Assembly (NCBI GenBank): GCA_963701965.1
Contig: OY969695.1
Span: forward strand, 3,520,001 to 3,584,000
DNA from: an uncultured Gemmatimonadales bacterium
Lineage (GTDB): Bacteria > Gemmatimonadota > Gemmatimonadetes > Gemmatimonadales > Gemmatimonadaceae
DNA length: 64,000 nucleotides
Direction of reading: 5' to 3'
The position numbers were made by a program, and so were the translations under genes. Every line of letters begins with the position of its first letter. Position 1 is the first letter of the stretch. Below, one piece after another: positions 9,555-18,730 of the stretch. The notes under the pieces are model-generated. The model was given only the letters and a program-made list of their open reading frames with translations, did not search any database and was not told the origin of the DNA.

Positions 9555-10508
9555 TCACGGGAACGGCACGCCACCCATCTGCGCCACGCCCATCATCCCG
9601 GACATGGCCTTCCAGTCGGCGACCGTGGTGACGGACGAGACGTCGTCCCGATAGCGGGCGGCGGCGGCGACGACCTCGGCGCGTTTGCGCGCGCGTGGCA
9701 CGTCGTTCGACGCCAGGATGTCGGCGACGACGTCGTGAAAGGCGTGCAAGTTGTCGAAGATGATCGCCGCCTCCGGATAGCGCCCGGCGAACGCGGGCGC
9801 GACGCCGGCGGTCATCGGCATCACGCTCGGCATCCGCGAGGGGGCCTCGGCCAGCATGCCCCGGAACCGCGCGACCGCCGAGTCGACGTTTGCCCGCCGC
9901 TCGGCGGGTGTCGCGCCCCGCATCAAGGCATCATACAGGACGACCTGCAGCCAGTGATACGACCACAGCAGGCCCGTGAACTTCGGGTAGCGCTTCCGAA
10001 AAGCCAGGGAGTAGTACTGGCCATCCATCAGGGACATGCGCTTCGGGCTGCTGCTGAATGCCAGATCGTGGCGCGAACGATAGTAGCGGATGGCCGTGGC
10101 CACCGCGGTGTCCTTCGCCGCCGTTGGAATCCGGTCGTCGGCCCAGATGTCGTAGATCTGCCGGTGCAGCATGTGCGCCCACTCGAACATCGCGTGGGCC
10201 TCGGGAATGAGGCGCGCGTAGTCGGGGCCGATGGCTTCTTCGTCCAACGGGACCGCGGGCGGGTGCACCAACAGTCGGGTCGTGATAAACGTGAATCGAT
10301 CGTCCTCGATGCGGCTCACCGGACCGTCCGGGTGCGCGATCAGCTCCTCGTACACGATCGCGTGCCCATAGTCGAACGCGTTGAACAGCCGGTCGGCCTG
10401 GGCATACTGATGCCGAAACGCCCAGTTGTGCGACGCGGGGAAATACGTCTGCTCGTAGTATCCGCAGCCCGCGACCAGCAGCAACGCCGCGACGCCCCTA
10501 GTGCGCAC
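9555..10508 (-). CDS. Hypothetical lipoprotein with four His-bearing helical repeats
   Basis: Lipobox LVAGC; four internal repeats; Met-rich linkers. Confidence 0.8.
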   Translation of the reverse strand: MRTRGVAALLLVAGCGYYEQTYFPASHNWAFRHQYAQADRLFNAFDYGHAIVYEELIAHPDGPVSRIEDDRFTFITTRLLVHPPAVPLDEEAIGPDYARLIPEAHAMFEWAHMLHRQIYDIWADDRIPTAAKDTAVATAIRYYRSRHDLAFSSSPKRMSLMDGQYYSLAFRKRYPKFTGLLWSYHWLQVVLYDALMRGATPAERRANVDSAVARFRGMLAEAPSRMPSVMPMTAGVAPAFAGRYPEAAIIFDNLHAFHDVVADILASNDVPRARKRAEVVAAAARYRDDVSSVTTVADWKAMSGMMGVAQMGGVPFP

Positions 10509-11430
10509 CAGGCTTGGCCTCGGGCACGAGCGCCGGGAGCGCGAAGGTGTACGACGTGCCGAGCGTCACCAGCCACGCGGGTCGGAGCCCGCTGAACAGC
10601 CGGCCCACCCCAGCGTCGAGCACGAAGCGCGGCGAGAGTTGCTTTCGGAATCCCAGCTCCAATGTCCAATCATCCGGTCGCGGCGGTCCGCCGCTGTAGC
10701 GGGACACGACGATATCGCCCACGACGAGCCACGAGGCCAGCGGGAAGGTGCGGTCGAGAGCCAGACCAGCGGATATCACGTTGCCGCTGCTCTGGGTCGG
10801 CGACGATGCGGCCGGTGGGGCTGTTTGCTGACTCCCAATGTCGTCGGCGACGACGCCGCAGGGGATATCGGGAATAGGCGGCGGAGGTGCCGGGCAATTC
10901 ACCGTGCATCCCGGTGCCGGCGCGGGAGCGCTCGCTACGTGATACGAGCTATAGGTGACGTTGGCGTGCACACGAAACGCGCCCAGGGTCCGAGTGGCCA
11001 TCGCCCGGCCCTCGAATAGTGTCCCCGTCGTGGTGGCGCCGGCCGCCGGAAACGCGACTTCCCCCCGCACCGCGAACGCGGGGAGCCACGTGCTCTCGTT
11101 ATTGAAGTTGTACATCGCGCCCAGCCCGAACTGCGTGAGCCCGTGGCTGGGCGTGGCGCCGCGCTCCCGAAGGATGAACGGCGCCAGGAGCTCGATCTCG
11201 GCGCGGGGCAGGATGCCGTAGGAGAGCGCCGGCTCCAGCGTCACACGGGTCAGGCCGCCACTGAACAGCGCAACCGTCGCCGGCGCGAGATCCAGCTCAA
11301 TGGCTTGTCGAGGCGTCACCGCCGCCTCTTCGACGCTGGATGGCCGTCCGGGTGACAGGTCGTGGTATTCGGTCTGCGCGGCCGCGGCGCCCGCGAAGAG
11401 CCAGGCGCCGATCGGCAGCAGGATCCTCAG
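10498..11430 (-). CDS. Outer-membrane beta-barrel (MetA/phenol-degradation-like channel)
   Basis: Signal peptide LRILLPIGAWLFAGAAAAQ, RP...E.A N-terminal motif, amphipathic strands ending GTSYTF; start may be CTG 11430 or ATG 11490. Confidence 0.7.
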   Translation of the reverse strand: MRILLPIGAWLFAGAAAAQTEYHDLSPGRPSSVEEAAVTPRQAIELDLAPATVALFSGGLTRVTLEPALSYGILPRAEIELLAPFILRERGATPSHGLTQFGLGAMYNFNNESTWLPAFAVRGEVAFPAAGATTTGTLFEGRAMATRTLGAFRVHANVTYSSYHVASAPAPAPGCTVNCPAPPPPIPDIPCGVVADDIGSQQTAPPAASSPTQSSGNVISAGLALDRTFPLASWLVVGDIVVSRYSGGPPRPDDWTLELGFRKQLSPRFVLDAGVGRLFSGLRPAWLVTLGTSYTFALPALVPEAKPGAH

Positions 11431-12993
11431 GACGACGTGAGGCGGGCCAGACCCTTGCTGACGCGGATGCGGTCGATCTCGCGGCCCCATTGATCGATCT
11501 GCGTCAGCGTGAGATTCGCACCGTCAATGTCGAAGACGGTGAACGAGTGGCGATCGGAGACCATACGCGCGACGTAGGCGACGCGGCCATCGTCGTCGTG
11601 CAGCCATTGCTCCGGGGCATCGGTGAAGCCTGGATCATACAGAATGCTTTCCGCCAGCCCCGGTCGTGATGTACTGGACGCCGTTGGCGTGGGTCGTGGT
11701 CTCTCCGTCGAAATGCTCGTCGACGTGGAACGTCCCCGGGGTCCGCCGGTCCTTGCCGAAGCGGTTGGCGGCGTTGGCCGTGCTCGACGCCAGAAAGGTC
11801 AGCGGCCGCGTGCGCTGGTAATTGTGCTCGTGTCCACTGAGCACGAAGTCCACGCGATGGCGCTCCAGCACGGGGCTCAGCGCCCGCATGTGCTGCTCCG
11901 TGTAATGCTCGAGGCCAACGTTGAACGCCGGATGGTGGTAGACCACGAACTTCCATCGCGCGTCCGTCGCGCCCAGGTCGGCGTCAATGTACGCCGCCCA
12001 TCCGGCATCGGTGGGATCCACGTACGAGTTCGAATCCAGACAGAGAAAGTGCGTGTCGCCGTAGTCGAAGCTGTAATTCCCCATCCGCGGAAACCGATCG
12101 CCGGCGCACCGGGTGAAATCGTCGACACGCGCGCTGGCGCCCGCGATGGGCATGGGTTGTGGAGGCGCCACCGGCCCGTTCAACGGCAGGTACATGTTGG
12201 TGAAGTAGCCGAGGGCGTCCGCGTTGGTGTCGAAGTCGGCGACGACGTGGCCGTTGGCATCCTTCCCGTGCACATCGTGATTGGCCAGCACGGTATAGAA
12301 GGGCACCGACCGGAGCAGGGGCGCCCCGACGCCGGGGCTCGCCACCTCGGCGTTGTAGATGGGGAAGAAATAGCGCTGATACTCATCGTCGCGCCCGCTC
12401 TCATACACGTTGTCGCCGGTATTCATGACGAAGTCCGGGCGCGCGTGGTAGGCCCAGTACGCGATCGCCCGCTGCCCCATCTCGCCGTAGGAGTTGTCAC
12501 CGAAGGCGACGAATCGCACCGCCGTCCCCCGCGGCTTGCGCGTCGTGCAGTATCCCTCGGCGACGAGGCTCTCGCCCTGCTTCACGCGATAGTGGTAGGT
12601 CGTGGCGAGCCGGAGTCCGGTCAGCGTGGCCGCGTAGTTGAGCCGGCCCTCGCCCTCCTTCTTTGGATCGCCACCGGAACGCGACGCGCGCACGACAGTC
12701 GCCCGGCGGCCGTAGCGCGGCGTCAGGCCGTACTCCACGGTGAAGTCCGCCGGCCGGGAGTCGGTCTGCCAAGCGACGACGACGGATTCGTTCCCTTCGT
12801 TCAGGGGTCCGCCTGCGGGGCCGGGCTGGATATAGGGGACGGCCGTGAACAGCACGGGCGCGCGGGGCAACACGCCGGGTTTGGTCGCGTCGGCCTCCAA
12901 CGCAAACAGGCCGCGTCCAACGGGCAGGAGGCCCAGCACCGTGATGCCGCCGGCTGCCTTGAGCAGCTCGCGCCGCGTGATGTCGTTTGTCAT
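11427..12993 (-). CDS. Tat-exported purple-acid-phosphatase-like metallophosphoesterase (one apparent frameshift near 11643)
   Basis: TRRELL Tat motif; FGD, TGDNVY, LANHD, HHP, GHEHNY; natural C-terminus (HLYDPGF...HSFTVFDIDG..IDRIRV) continues in another frame to TGA at 11427. Confidence 0.88.
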
Positions 12994-13122
12994 GGGTATG
13001 GTACGAACGTGACGCCACGCGCAATGCGAGGCCAGTATGCGCGAGGGCCGTGAGCAACCTGTTACCCGGTTGCGCCTTCCGAAACCGGGTTACGCCGCGC
13101 GCGCCGGGCGCGTCCGCCAAAT

Positions 13123-13896
13123 GTGAGGCGGCCTATCCTCCTATTCGCGCTCGCGGTCGCGCTGGGCGTGGCCGGATTCGTCCACCGGCGGGCCGCGCCC
13201 GCCGGACCGGTCCTGACCGAAGCCGACAGCCTGCGGATCGTCCAGGCGTACGACGCGCAGGTGGCCAACCAAGGCGGGTCCTACGAGCCACCCGACTGGC
13301 TGCGAGCGATCCATTTGGCGCGGCTGCGCGCGACGGCCCTCCGGCAGATCGCCGGCGACACCGGGGCCGATGCGGCGCCCGCGGCGGTCGATTCGATCCT
13401 CGATGCGGAGGGCGGGGGCACGTACCTGAGGGCCATCCTGGCTGACCATGAGGGCCGCATCCGGCGCTGGCCGGCGCGCGATCGCCCGCTCGCGCTGTGG
13501 GTCGCGCCCCATCCCTACGCGGGCGTCGTGCGGGCGGCCTTCCTCCGGTGGAACGAAGCGAACGCCGGCATCGGGTACGCCATGACCGACGATTCGACCC
13601 AAGCCAATGTCCACGTGACTTGGAGCGAGAGTTTGCCCGTCACCGGCGAGCTGGGCACGACGTTCCGGCTGACGGACGAGGCGGGACGCATCGCGATCGC
13701 CCACGTAGTGCTCCTGTCGACGGCGAGCGTCGAGGGCATACAGAACGCTGCCCTGCACGAGGCGGGGCATGCCCTCGGCCTGGATCACTCGCCCGACAAG
13801 AACGACATTATGGCGGCCGTGTCCAATGGCCGGCAGTACCAGCTGAGCGACGCCGACTCGAGAACTCTACGCTTACTCTACCGTCTGCCGTTCTAG
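13123..13896 (+). CDS. Matrixin-like (M10) metallopeptidase
   Basis: HEAGHALGLDH metzincin motif plus DIM Met-turn; N-terminal signal/TM. Confidence 0.88.
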   Translation: MRRPILLFALAVALGVAGFVHRRAAPAGPVLTEADSLRIVQAYDAQVANQGGSYEPPDWLRAIHLARLRATALRQIAGDTGADAAPAAVDSILDAEGGGTYLRAILADHEGRIRRWPARDRPLALWVAPHPYAGVVRAAFLRWNEANAGIGYAMTDDSTQANVHVTWSESLPVTGELGTTFRLTDEAGRIAIAHVVLLSTASVEGIQNAALHEAGHALGLDHSPDKNDIMAAVSNGRQYQLSDADSRTLRLLYRLPF

Positions 13897-13904
13897 CGCT
13901 CGCA

Positions 13905-14990
13905 ATGGTGCAACAGCAGGACTTCCCGGCCGCGTTCGACCGCTACGTCCACACGGATAGCGTCGTCGGCGGAGCCTACGTGGTCGTGGACCGGGGCCGG
14001 GCGGTGGAGTGGCACACCGTCGGCATGGCCGATCGCGAGCGGCACCAGGCGGTCGACAGCGCGACGATCTTCCACTGGGCGTCGATCACGAAGACGTTGA
14101 CAGCGATCGCCATCATGCAGCTCCGTGACCGCCACCGATTGTCGCTCGATGACCGGATCGTCACCTACTGTCCCGAGCTGACGGCGGTGCACGCTGATAC
14201 GGGGTCGGTGCGCGACGTCACCCTGCGCCAGCTGCTGTCGCACACCGCGGGGTTCCAGAACGCGACCTGGCCGTACAAGCAGGGCCTCCCCTGGGAACCG
14301 TTCGAGCCCACGCGCTGGGAGCAGCTGGTGGCGATGATGCCGTACCAGCAGCTCGCCTTTCGACCGGGCGAACGCTACTCCTACTCGAATCCGGGCTTCA
14401 TCTACTTGGGCCGCGTCATCGAGGCACTCGGCGGCGATCCCTACGCCGTGTACATCGAGAAGAACATCCTCGGGCCCCTGGGGATGACGCACAGCTACAT
14501 GAACGTCACGCCCTATCACCTCGCGGGGCACCGCGCCAACAACTACACCGTCCTGGAGAACGGGACGGTCCAGGCCAATGGCCGCGAGTTCGATACGGGG
14601 ATCACGACGGCCAACAGCGGCCTCAACGCCCCGCTCGGCGACATGGTACGCTATGTCGGGTTTCTCGCCGCGGCGGCATCCGACGTTCTGGCGCATGGGA
14701 CGCTCGAGGAGATGTGGCGTCCAGTCGCCCGGGTCGAGCCGGGCTCATGGCCCGAGACGCCGGCCGCGGGCTCGTCCATAGGGCTCTCGTTCTTCATCTT
14801 TCCGCGGGGCGGTGCGACGTTCGTCGGCCACACGGGCGAGCAGGCCGGATTTCGAAGCTTTTTGTTCTTGAATCCCGCCAATGGCAAGGCGATCGTGGGA
14901 TCGCTCAACACGACGCACGCAGAAAACAGCGGCGCGTCGGCCGCGGGCTACAATGATCTGCGCGAGCGGGCGTTCCAGCTGCTCCGCTGA
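13905..14990 (+). CDS. Serine hydrolase, beta-lactamase class C/AmpC-like family
   Basis: WASITK (SxxK), LLSHTAG, YSYSN, GHTG motifs; start uncertain. Confidence 0.88.
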   Translation: MVQQQDFPAAFDRYVHTDSVVGGAYVVVDRGRAVEWHTVGMADRERHQAVDSATIFHWASITKTLTAIAIMQLRDRHRLSLDDRIVTYCPELTAVHADTGSVRDVTLRQLLSHTAGFQNATWPYKQGLPWEPFEPTRWEQLVAMMPYQQLAFRPGERYSYSNPGFIYLGRVIEALGGDPYAVYIEKNILGPLGMTHSYMNVTPYHLAGHRANNYTVLENGTVQANGREFDTGITTANSGLNAPLGDMVRYVGFLAAAASDVLAHGTLEEMWRPVARVEPGSWPETPAAGSSIGLSFFIFPRGGATFVGHTGEQAGFRSFLFLNPANGKAIVGSLNTTHAENSGASAAGYNDLRERAFQLLR

Positions 14991-14993
14991 CCG

Positions 14994-15272
14994 CTACTTC
15001 AAATAACTCTTGATGATATCGACGAGCTGCTCGGCGGCCTGATGCTCGTGGGAGCCGGGCGCCGAGTCCGGCGGCAGCACGTGATAGCGCACGTGATCTT
15101 CGAGAATCTCGGCCATGAGCGCGTTGATGGCCCCGCGGCACGCGGCCAACGTATGGAGCGCGCGCTCGCAGTCGACCTCCTCCGCCAGCAACTCCTCGAC
15201 GGCGCCCACCTGGCCGCGAATCCGCTTGATGCGGTTGATCAGCTTCTGCTTCTCGCGGATGGTATGCGACAT
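14994..15272 (-). CDS. RcnR/CsoR/FrmR-family metal-sensing repressor (RcnR-like)
   Basis: MSHT start, LINRIKRIRGQV, conserved Cys, AACRGAINALM..EDHVRYH. Confidence 0.9.
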   Translation of the reverse strand: MSHTIREKQKLINRIKRIRGQVGAVEELLAEEVDCERALHTLAACRGAINALMAEILEDHVRYHVLPPDSAPGSHEHQAAEQLVDIIKSYLK

Positions 15273-15282
15273 ACCGAACAGT

Positions 15283-15299
15283 ATACCGTGGAAGGGTAT
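15283..15299. promoter_or_regulatory. Putative RcnR/CsoR operator overlapping -10 box
   Basis: ATACC-N7-GGTAT inverted repeat with G-rich centre, overlapping minus-strand TATACT (15285-15280). Confidence 0.65.
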
Positions 15300-15396
15300 C
15301 GGCGCCAGCGACGGCGCTTGCGACGGCACCCGTGCCGGGTTTTTGGCTCGCGTCATGCATTAACGACTGGCATTCATCACAGTCGAGGGTGGGGCC

Positions 15397-15651
15397 GTGT
15401 ATTTCCTATGGTGGATCATCGTTGGACTGATCGCCGGTTGGGCGACCGGGCGCATCATGCGCGGAGCGGGCTACGGTCCGCTCATGGACATCATCCTCGG
15501 CATCGTGGGTGCTGTCATTGGCGGCTGGATCATGTCCGTGCTCGGCGTCGGCGGCGGCGGGATGATCTATACGATCGTTGTGGCGATCATCGGCGCCTGC
15601 ATTCTGGTCGCGCTCGCTCGGGCCGTCTCGGGGCGCCGGACGGCGCTATGA
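15397..15651 (+). CDS. GlsB/YeaQ/YmgE stress-response membrane protein
   Basis: WIIVGLIAGWA..IM, IILGIVGAVIGG pattern; 84 aa. Confidence 0.9.
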   Translation: MYFLWWIIVGLIAGWATGRIMRGAGYGPLMDIILGIVGAVIGGWIMSVLGVGGGGMIYTIVVAIIGACILVALARAVSGRRTAL

Positions 15652-16235
15652 ATATCGACTCGCTGGGCACGCTGTATCTGGAAGAGTTGCGGGACCTCTA
15701 TAGCGCCGAGCTCCAGATAAAAAAGGCGCTGCCCAAGATGATCAAGTCCGCGTCGAACGCCGAACTCAAGCGGGCGTTCGCCACCCATCTCCAGCAGACT
15801 GAAGGTCATGTCGATCGGCTCGAGCAGATTTTTCAGGACCTGGGGTCGAGCCCGCGGGGGAAGAAGTGCGTGGGCATGGAGGGCGTGATCAAGGAGGGCT
15901 CGGAGCTGATCCATGAGCGCCCGGACGCCAATGTGCTGGACGCCGGATTGATCTCGAAAGCGCAGCACATCGAGCACTACGAGCTGGCGGGATACGGGAC
16001 GGTGTGCGCCTGGGCCGACAAGCTCGGACATGGGCGGCATGCGCAGGTGTTGCGGCTGACGCTGGGCGAAGAGCGCGACACCGACCGCCTGCTCACGCAG
16101 CTGGCCGAGCGGTCGATCAATCTGGCCGCGGATCGCGCGCAAGCGAACGAACCCGAGCTGGCCGATCTGCCGCGGCGGTCCCCCGCCCGAAAGAAAAGCG
16201 TCTCGCGTCCGGCTGGAGAGCGCCCGCGCGCCTGA
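15648..16235 (+). CDS. YciF/DUF892 ferritin-like protein
   Basis: LRDLYSAE.QI.KALPKM, HLQQTEGHVDRLE, KKC.GMEG, AQHIEHYE; ATGA coupling. Confidence 0.92.
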   Translation: MNIDSLGTLYLEELRDLYSAELQIKKALPKMIKSASNAELKRAFATHLQQTEGHVDRLEQIFQDLGSSPRGKKCVGMEGVIKEGSELIHERPDANVLDAGLISKAQHIEHYELAGYGTVCAWADKLGHGRHAQVLRLTLGEERDTDRLLTQLAERSINLAADRAQANEPELADLPRRSPARKKSVSRPAGERPRA

Positions 16236-16293
16236 AGGTTTGGCAGCGCACGGCCTTACGCATCGGGGGGCGAATGCATAAGTTCGTCACCCG

Positions 16294-18042
16294 ATGCACC
16301 TGCGTCTCGCCATCTCGTGTGCCGCCCTTGTCGCCGCGCCAGTTTTGGCGCAGTCGGATACCGCCGCCGCGCGCGCGGTTTTCTCGGCGAATCTGGATGC
16401 GATCCACCACCACGATCGCCAGCGCTACCTCTCGTACTATCTCTCCACCGAAGGGCTGATCCGGAACGGTCCCGGCGGACCGGATCTGGGCTTCGCCGGG
16501 CTGGCATCGGCCCGCGATACGACGTGGCCGGACACGCTCATCGCGCGCGACCTTCGGGTCTGGTCGCTGGCGCCGGGCGTGGTCTACGGCACGTACCATT
16601 ATCGCGTCACGCAGCACGGGGTCACATCCGAGGGCATCTCGGAGCGGGTGTTCGTCCGCACGGCCAATGGTTGGAAGATCGCGGTAAGCACCGCGTTCGG
16701 TCTGCCGGCGGGTGCCGCGCCGCCACCCTTGGCCCTCGTGGGCGGCACTCTGGTCAACCCGTCGGCCGCGCCGGTGAGCAATGCCGCGGTCGTCTTCAAG
16801 GCCGGCCGCGTCGTGTGCGCGGGTCCCCGTGCGTCGTGTCCGGTGCCTCCGGGCACGGAAACGATCGACGTGCGGGGCAAGTTCATCGCGCCCGGGCTCA
16901 TCGACGCCCACGTCCATTACTCGCAGACGGGCTGGATCGACGGGCGGCCCGACGCCGGCGACGTCCGCAGCCAGTTTCCGTACGACTCGACGATCATCGC
17001 GCTGCGCGACCACCACGACCGGTTTGATCGCGCCTATCTCTGTACCGGCGTGACGGCGGTGTTCGACGTGGGCGGGTATCCGTGGTCGATAGAGTTGGCG
17101 CGCCGTCAGGACGCGTCGCTCGTCGCGCCCCACATGGCGGCGGCCGGTGGGCTCCTGTCGACGATCGATTTCTGGCTCAACCTGCCCGACCAAAAGCAGT
17201 TCATTTACATGCGGGACGACTCGACCGTGCGCGCCACGGTCCGCGCCCTGGCCCGCGCCGGTTCCTCGGCCATCAAGGTCTGGTATATCCAGGTGCCGGA
17301 CTCGCTGGCGGCCCATGCGCGGGCAATGTTGGAGGCCGCGGGTGATGAAAGCCGCCGCGTGGGACTGCCGTTGATCGTGCACGCCACGCAGCTGGCGCGG
17401 GCGAAGGAAGCGGTGGCCGCCGGCGCCCGGGTGCTGGTGCACGGTGTCGAAGACGCGCCGGTCGACAGCGCATTTCTCGCGCTGGCCAAGCAAAAAGGGG
17501 TCATCGACATCCCGACCATTACCGTGCTCAATGGGTACGCCGACGTGTGGGCCGGCCGGTCGCCGGGTGAGCGGTACCCGCTGGATTGTGTCGATCCTGT
17601 GACGCGCGCACACGTCGAAAGTGTTGCGCCGGCGCCAATACGGGCCAATCGCGCCGCGGCCTTTGAGCGCGTCGCCAAGACTCGCCGGATGATCGAAGCG
17701 AACGTCCGCGCCATGATGGCGGCGGGCATCCCGATCGCAATGGGCACGGACGCGGGGAATCCCGGCACCGTGCACGGGCCGAGCGTGTACGCGGAGATGG
17801 AGGCGATGCAGCACGCGGGGATGCCGGCCGCCGCCGTCTTTTCCGCGGCGACGGAAGTCTCGGCTCGCGCTATGGGCCGTCAAACCGATCTGGGGTCGCT
17901 GGCGCCGGGCAAAATCGCCGACGCCGTGGTGTTTGATGCCGACCCAGCGGCGGATGCGGTAAACATGCGTAGCGTGCGCTGGGTCGTGCGTGGGGGGGCG
18001 ATCTATGGGCGATCCGAGCTCCTTCCCGCTCGGTCGCGCTGA
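16294..18042 (+). CDS. Secreted amidohydrolase with N-terminal NTF2/SnoaL-like domain
   Basis: Signal peptide; PGLIDAHVH, IVHA, LVHG, MGTDAG, GSLAPGKIAD. Confidence 0.88.
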   Translation: MHLRLAISCAALVAAPVLAQSDTAAARAVFSANLDAIHHHDRQRYLSYYLSTEGLIRNGPGGPDLGFAGLASARDTTWPDTLIARDLRVWSLAPGVVYGTYHYRVTQHGVTSEGISERVFVRTANGWKIAVSTAFGLPAGAAPPPLALVGGTLVNPSAAPVSNAAVVFKAGRVVCAGPRASCPVPPGTETIDVRGKFIAPGLIDAHVHYSQTGWIDGRPDAGDVRSQFPYDSTIIALRDHHDRFDRAYLCTGVTAVFDVGGYPWSIELARRQDASLVAPHMAAAGGLLSTIDFWLNLPDQKQFIYMRDDSTVRATVRALARAGSSAIKVWYIQVPDSLAAHARAMLEAAGDESRRVGLPLIVHATQLARAKEAVAAGARVLVHGVEDAPVDSAFLALAKQKGVIDIPTITVLNGYADVWAGRSPGERYPLDCVDPVTRAHVESVAPAPIRANRAAAFERVAKTRRMIEANVRAMMAAGIPIAMGTDAGNPGTVHGPSVYAEMEAMQHAGMPAAAVFSAATEVSARAMGRQTDLGSLAPGKIADAVVFDADPAADAVNMRSVRWVVRGGAIYGRSELLPARSR

Positions 18043-18136
18043 CCGGGACAGTCCGTCCACGACGGACAGCGGACGGTGACCGGTGGCGCGGCGCAGAGGT
18101 TGCTTACAGGGCGGTATTGAGGATATGCCGGCCACC

Positions 18137-18730
18137 ATGCGGAGACTCGCGATCGTCGTCTGTGCGCTTGCCGCGACAGGGTGTGGGTATCTCGACAACC
18201 TGCTCGCGCCGGCGCATCCGGAGACGACCAACTGGGTGAAGTTCGACCCGCCCGGTTGGTATCGCACGTTGTTCGTGGAGGCCGAGCAGTGCTCGGGGTT
18301 GGAGCGCAACTACCAGTCGCTGCGGTTCTACTATCACGTCCAGAAGGACACCAGCGACCACATCCTCGATAGCGACGGCCAGCCGGTGCTGGCCATGGAA
18401 GACGCGTGGTCGCGGCGCGTCTGGATCGGCTCGCAGTCGCTCGCCGATCCAATGGTCGTGGAGCACGAGATGATGCACTATCTCCTCGATGGCGTGGGTG
18501 GGCATCCGCCGAAGTACTTCGAGGACAAGTGTCATCTGCGGCCGTGGGTCTACACCCAGGCCGACTGGACCCGCGACCACAACATGATGTCGGCGTTCGC
18601 GGAGACCAACGGCTCGTTGGACCTGCCGGTGCTACCCGACGGACAGCCCGAACACAACGGGGCGGTCACCGGCTCCGACAGCTCCGACGTCGGCGTCCCG
18701 CAGGGCGCCGAGCCCCAGGGCGCCGACTAG
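18137..18730 (+). CDS. Hypothetical lipoprotein with HExxH (minimal zincin-like)
   Basis: MRRLAIVVCALAATGC lipobox; VVEHEMMHYLL...GHP. Confidence 0.65.
   Translation: MRRLAIVVCALAATGCGYLDNLLAPAHPETTNWVKFDPPGWYRTLFVEAEQCSGLERNYQSLRFYYHVQKDTSDHILDSDGQPVLAMEDAWSRRVWIGSQSLADPMVVEHEMMHYLLDGVGGHPPKYFEDKCHLRPWVYTQADWTRDHNMMSAFAETNGSLDLPVLPDGQPEHNGAVTGSDSSDVGVPQGAEPQGAD

Noticed and set aside
13064..13090. ACCCGGTT/AACCGGGT inverted repeat in a divergent gap
   Set aside because: Single occurrence with no candidate regulator; cannot be told from chance.
18043..18085. GTCCGTC/GACGGAC hairpin as REP element or att site
   Set aside because: No second copy or integrase seen; at most a weak terminator.
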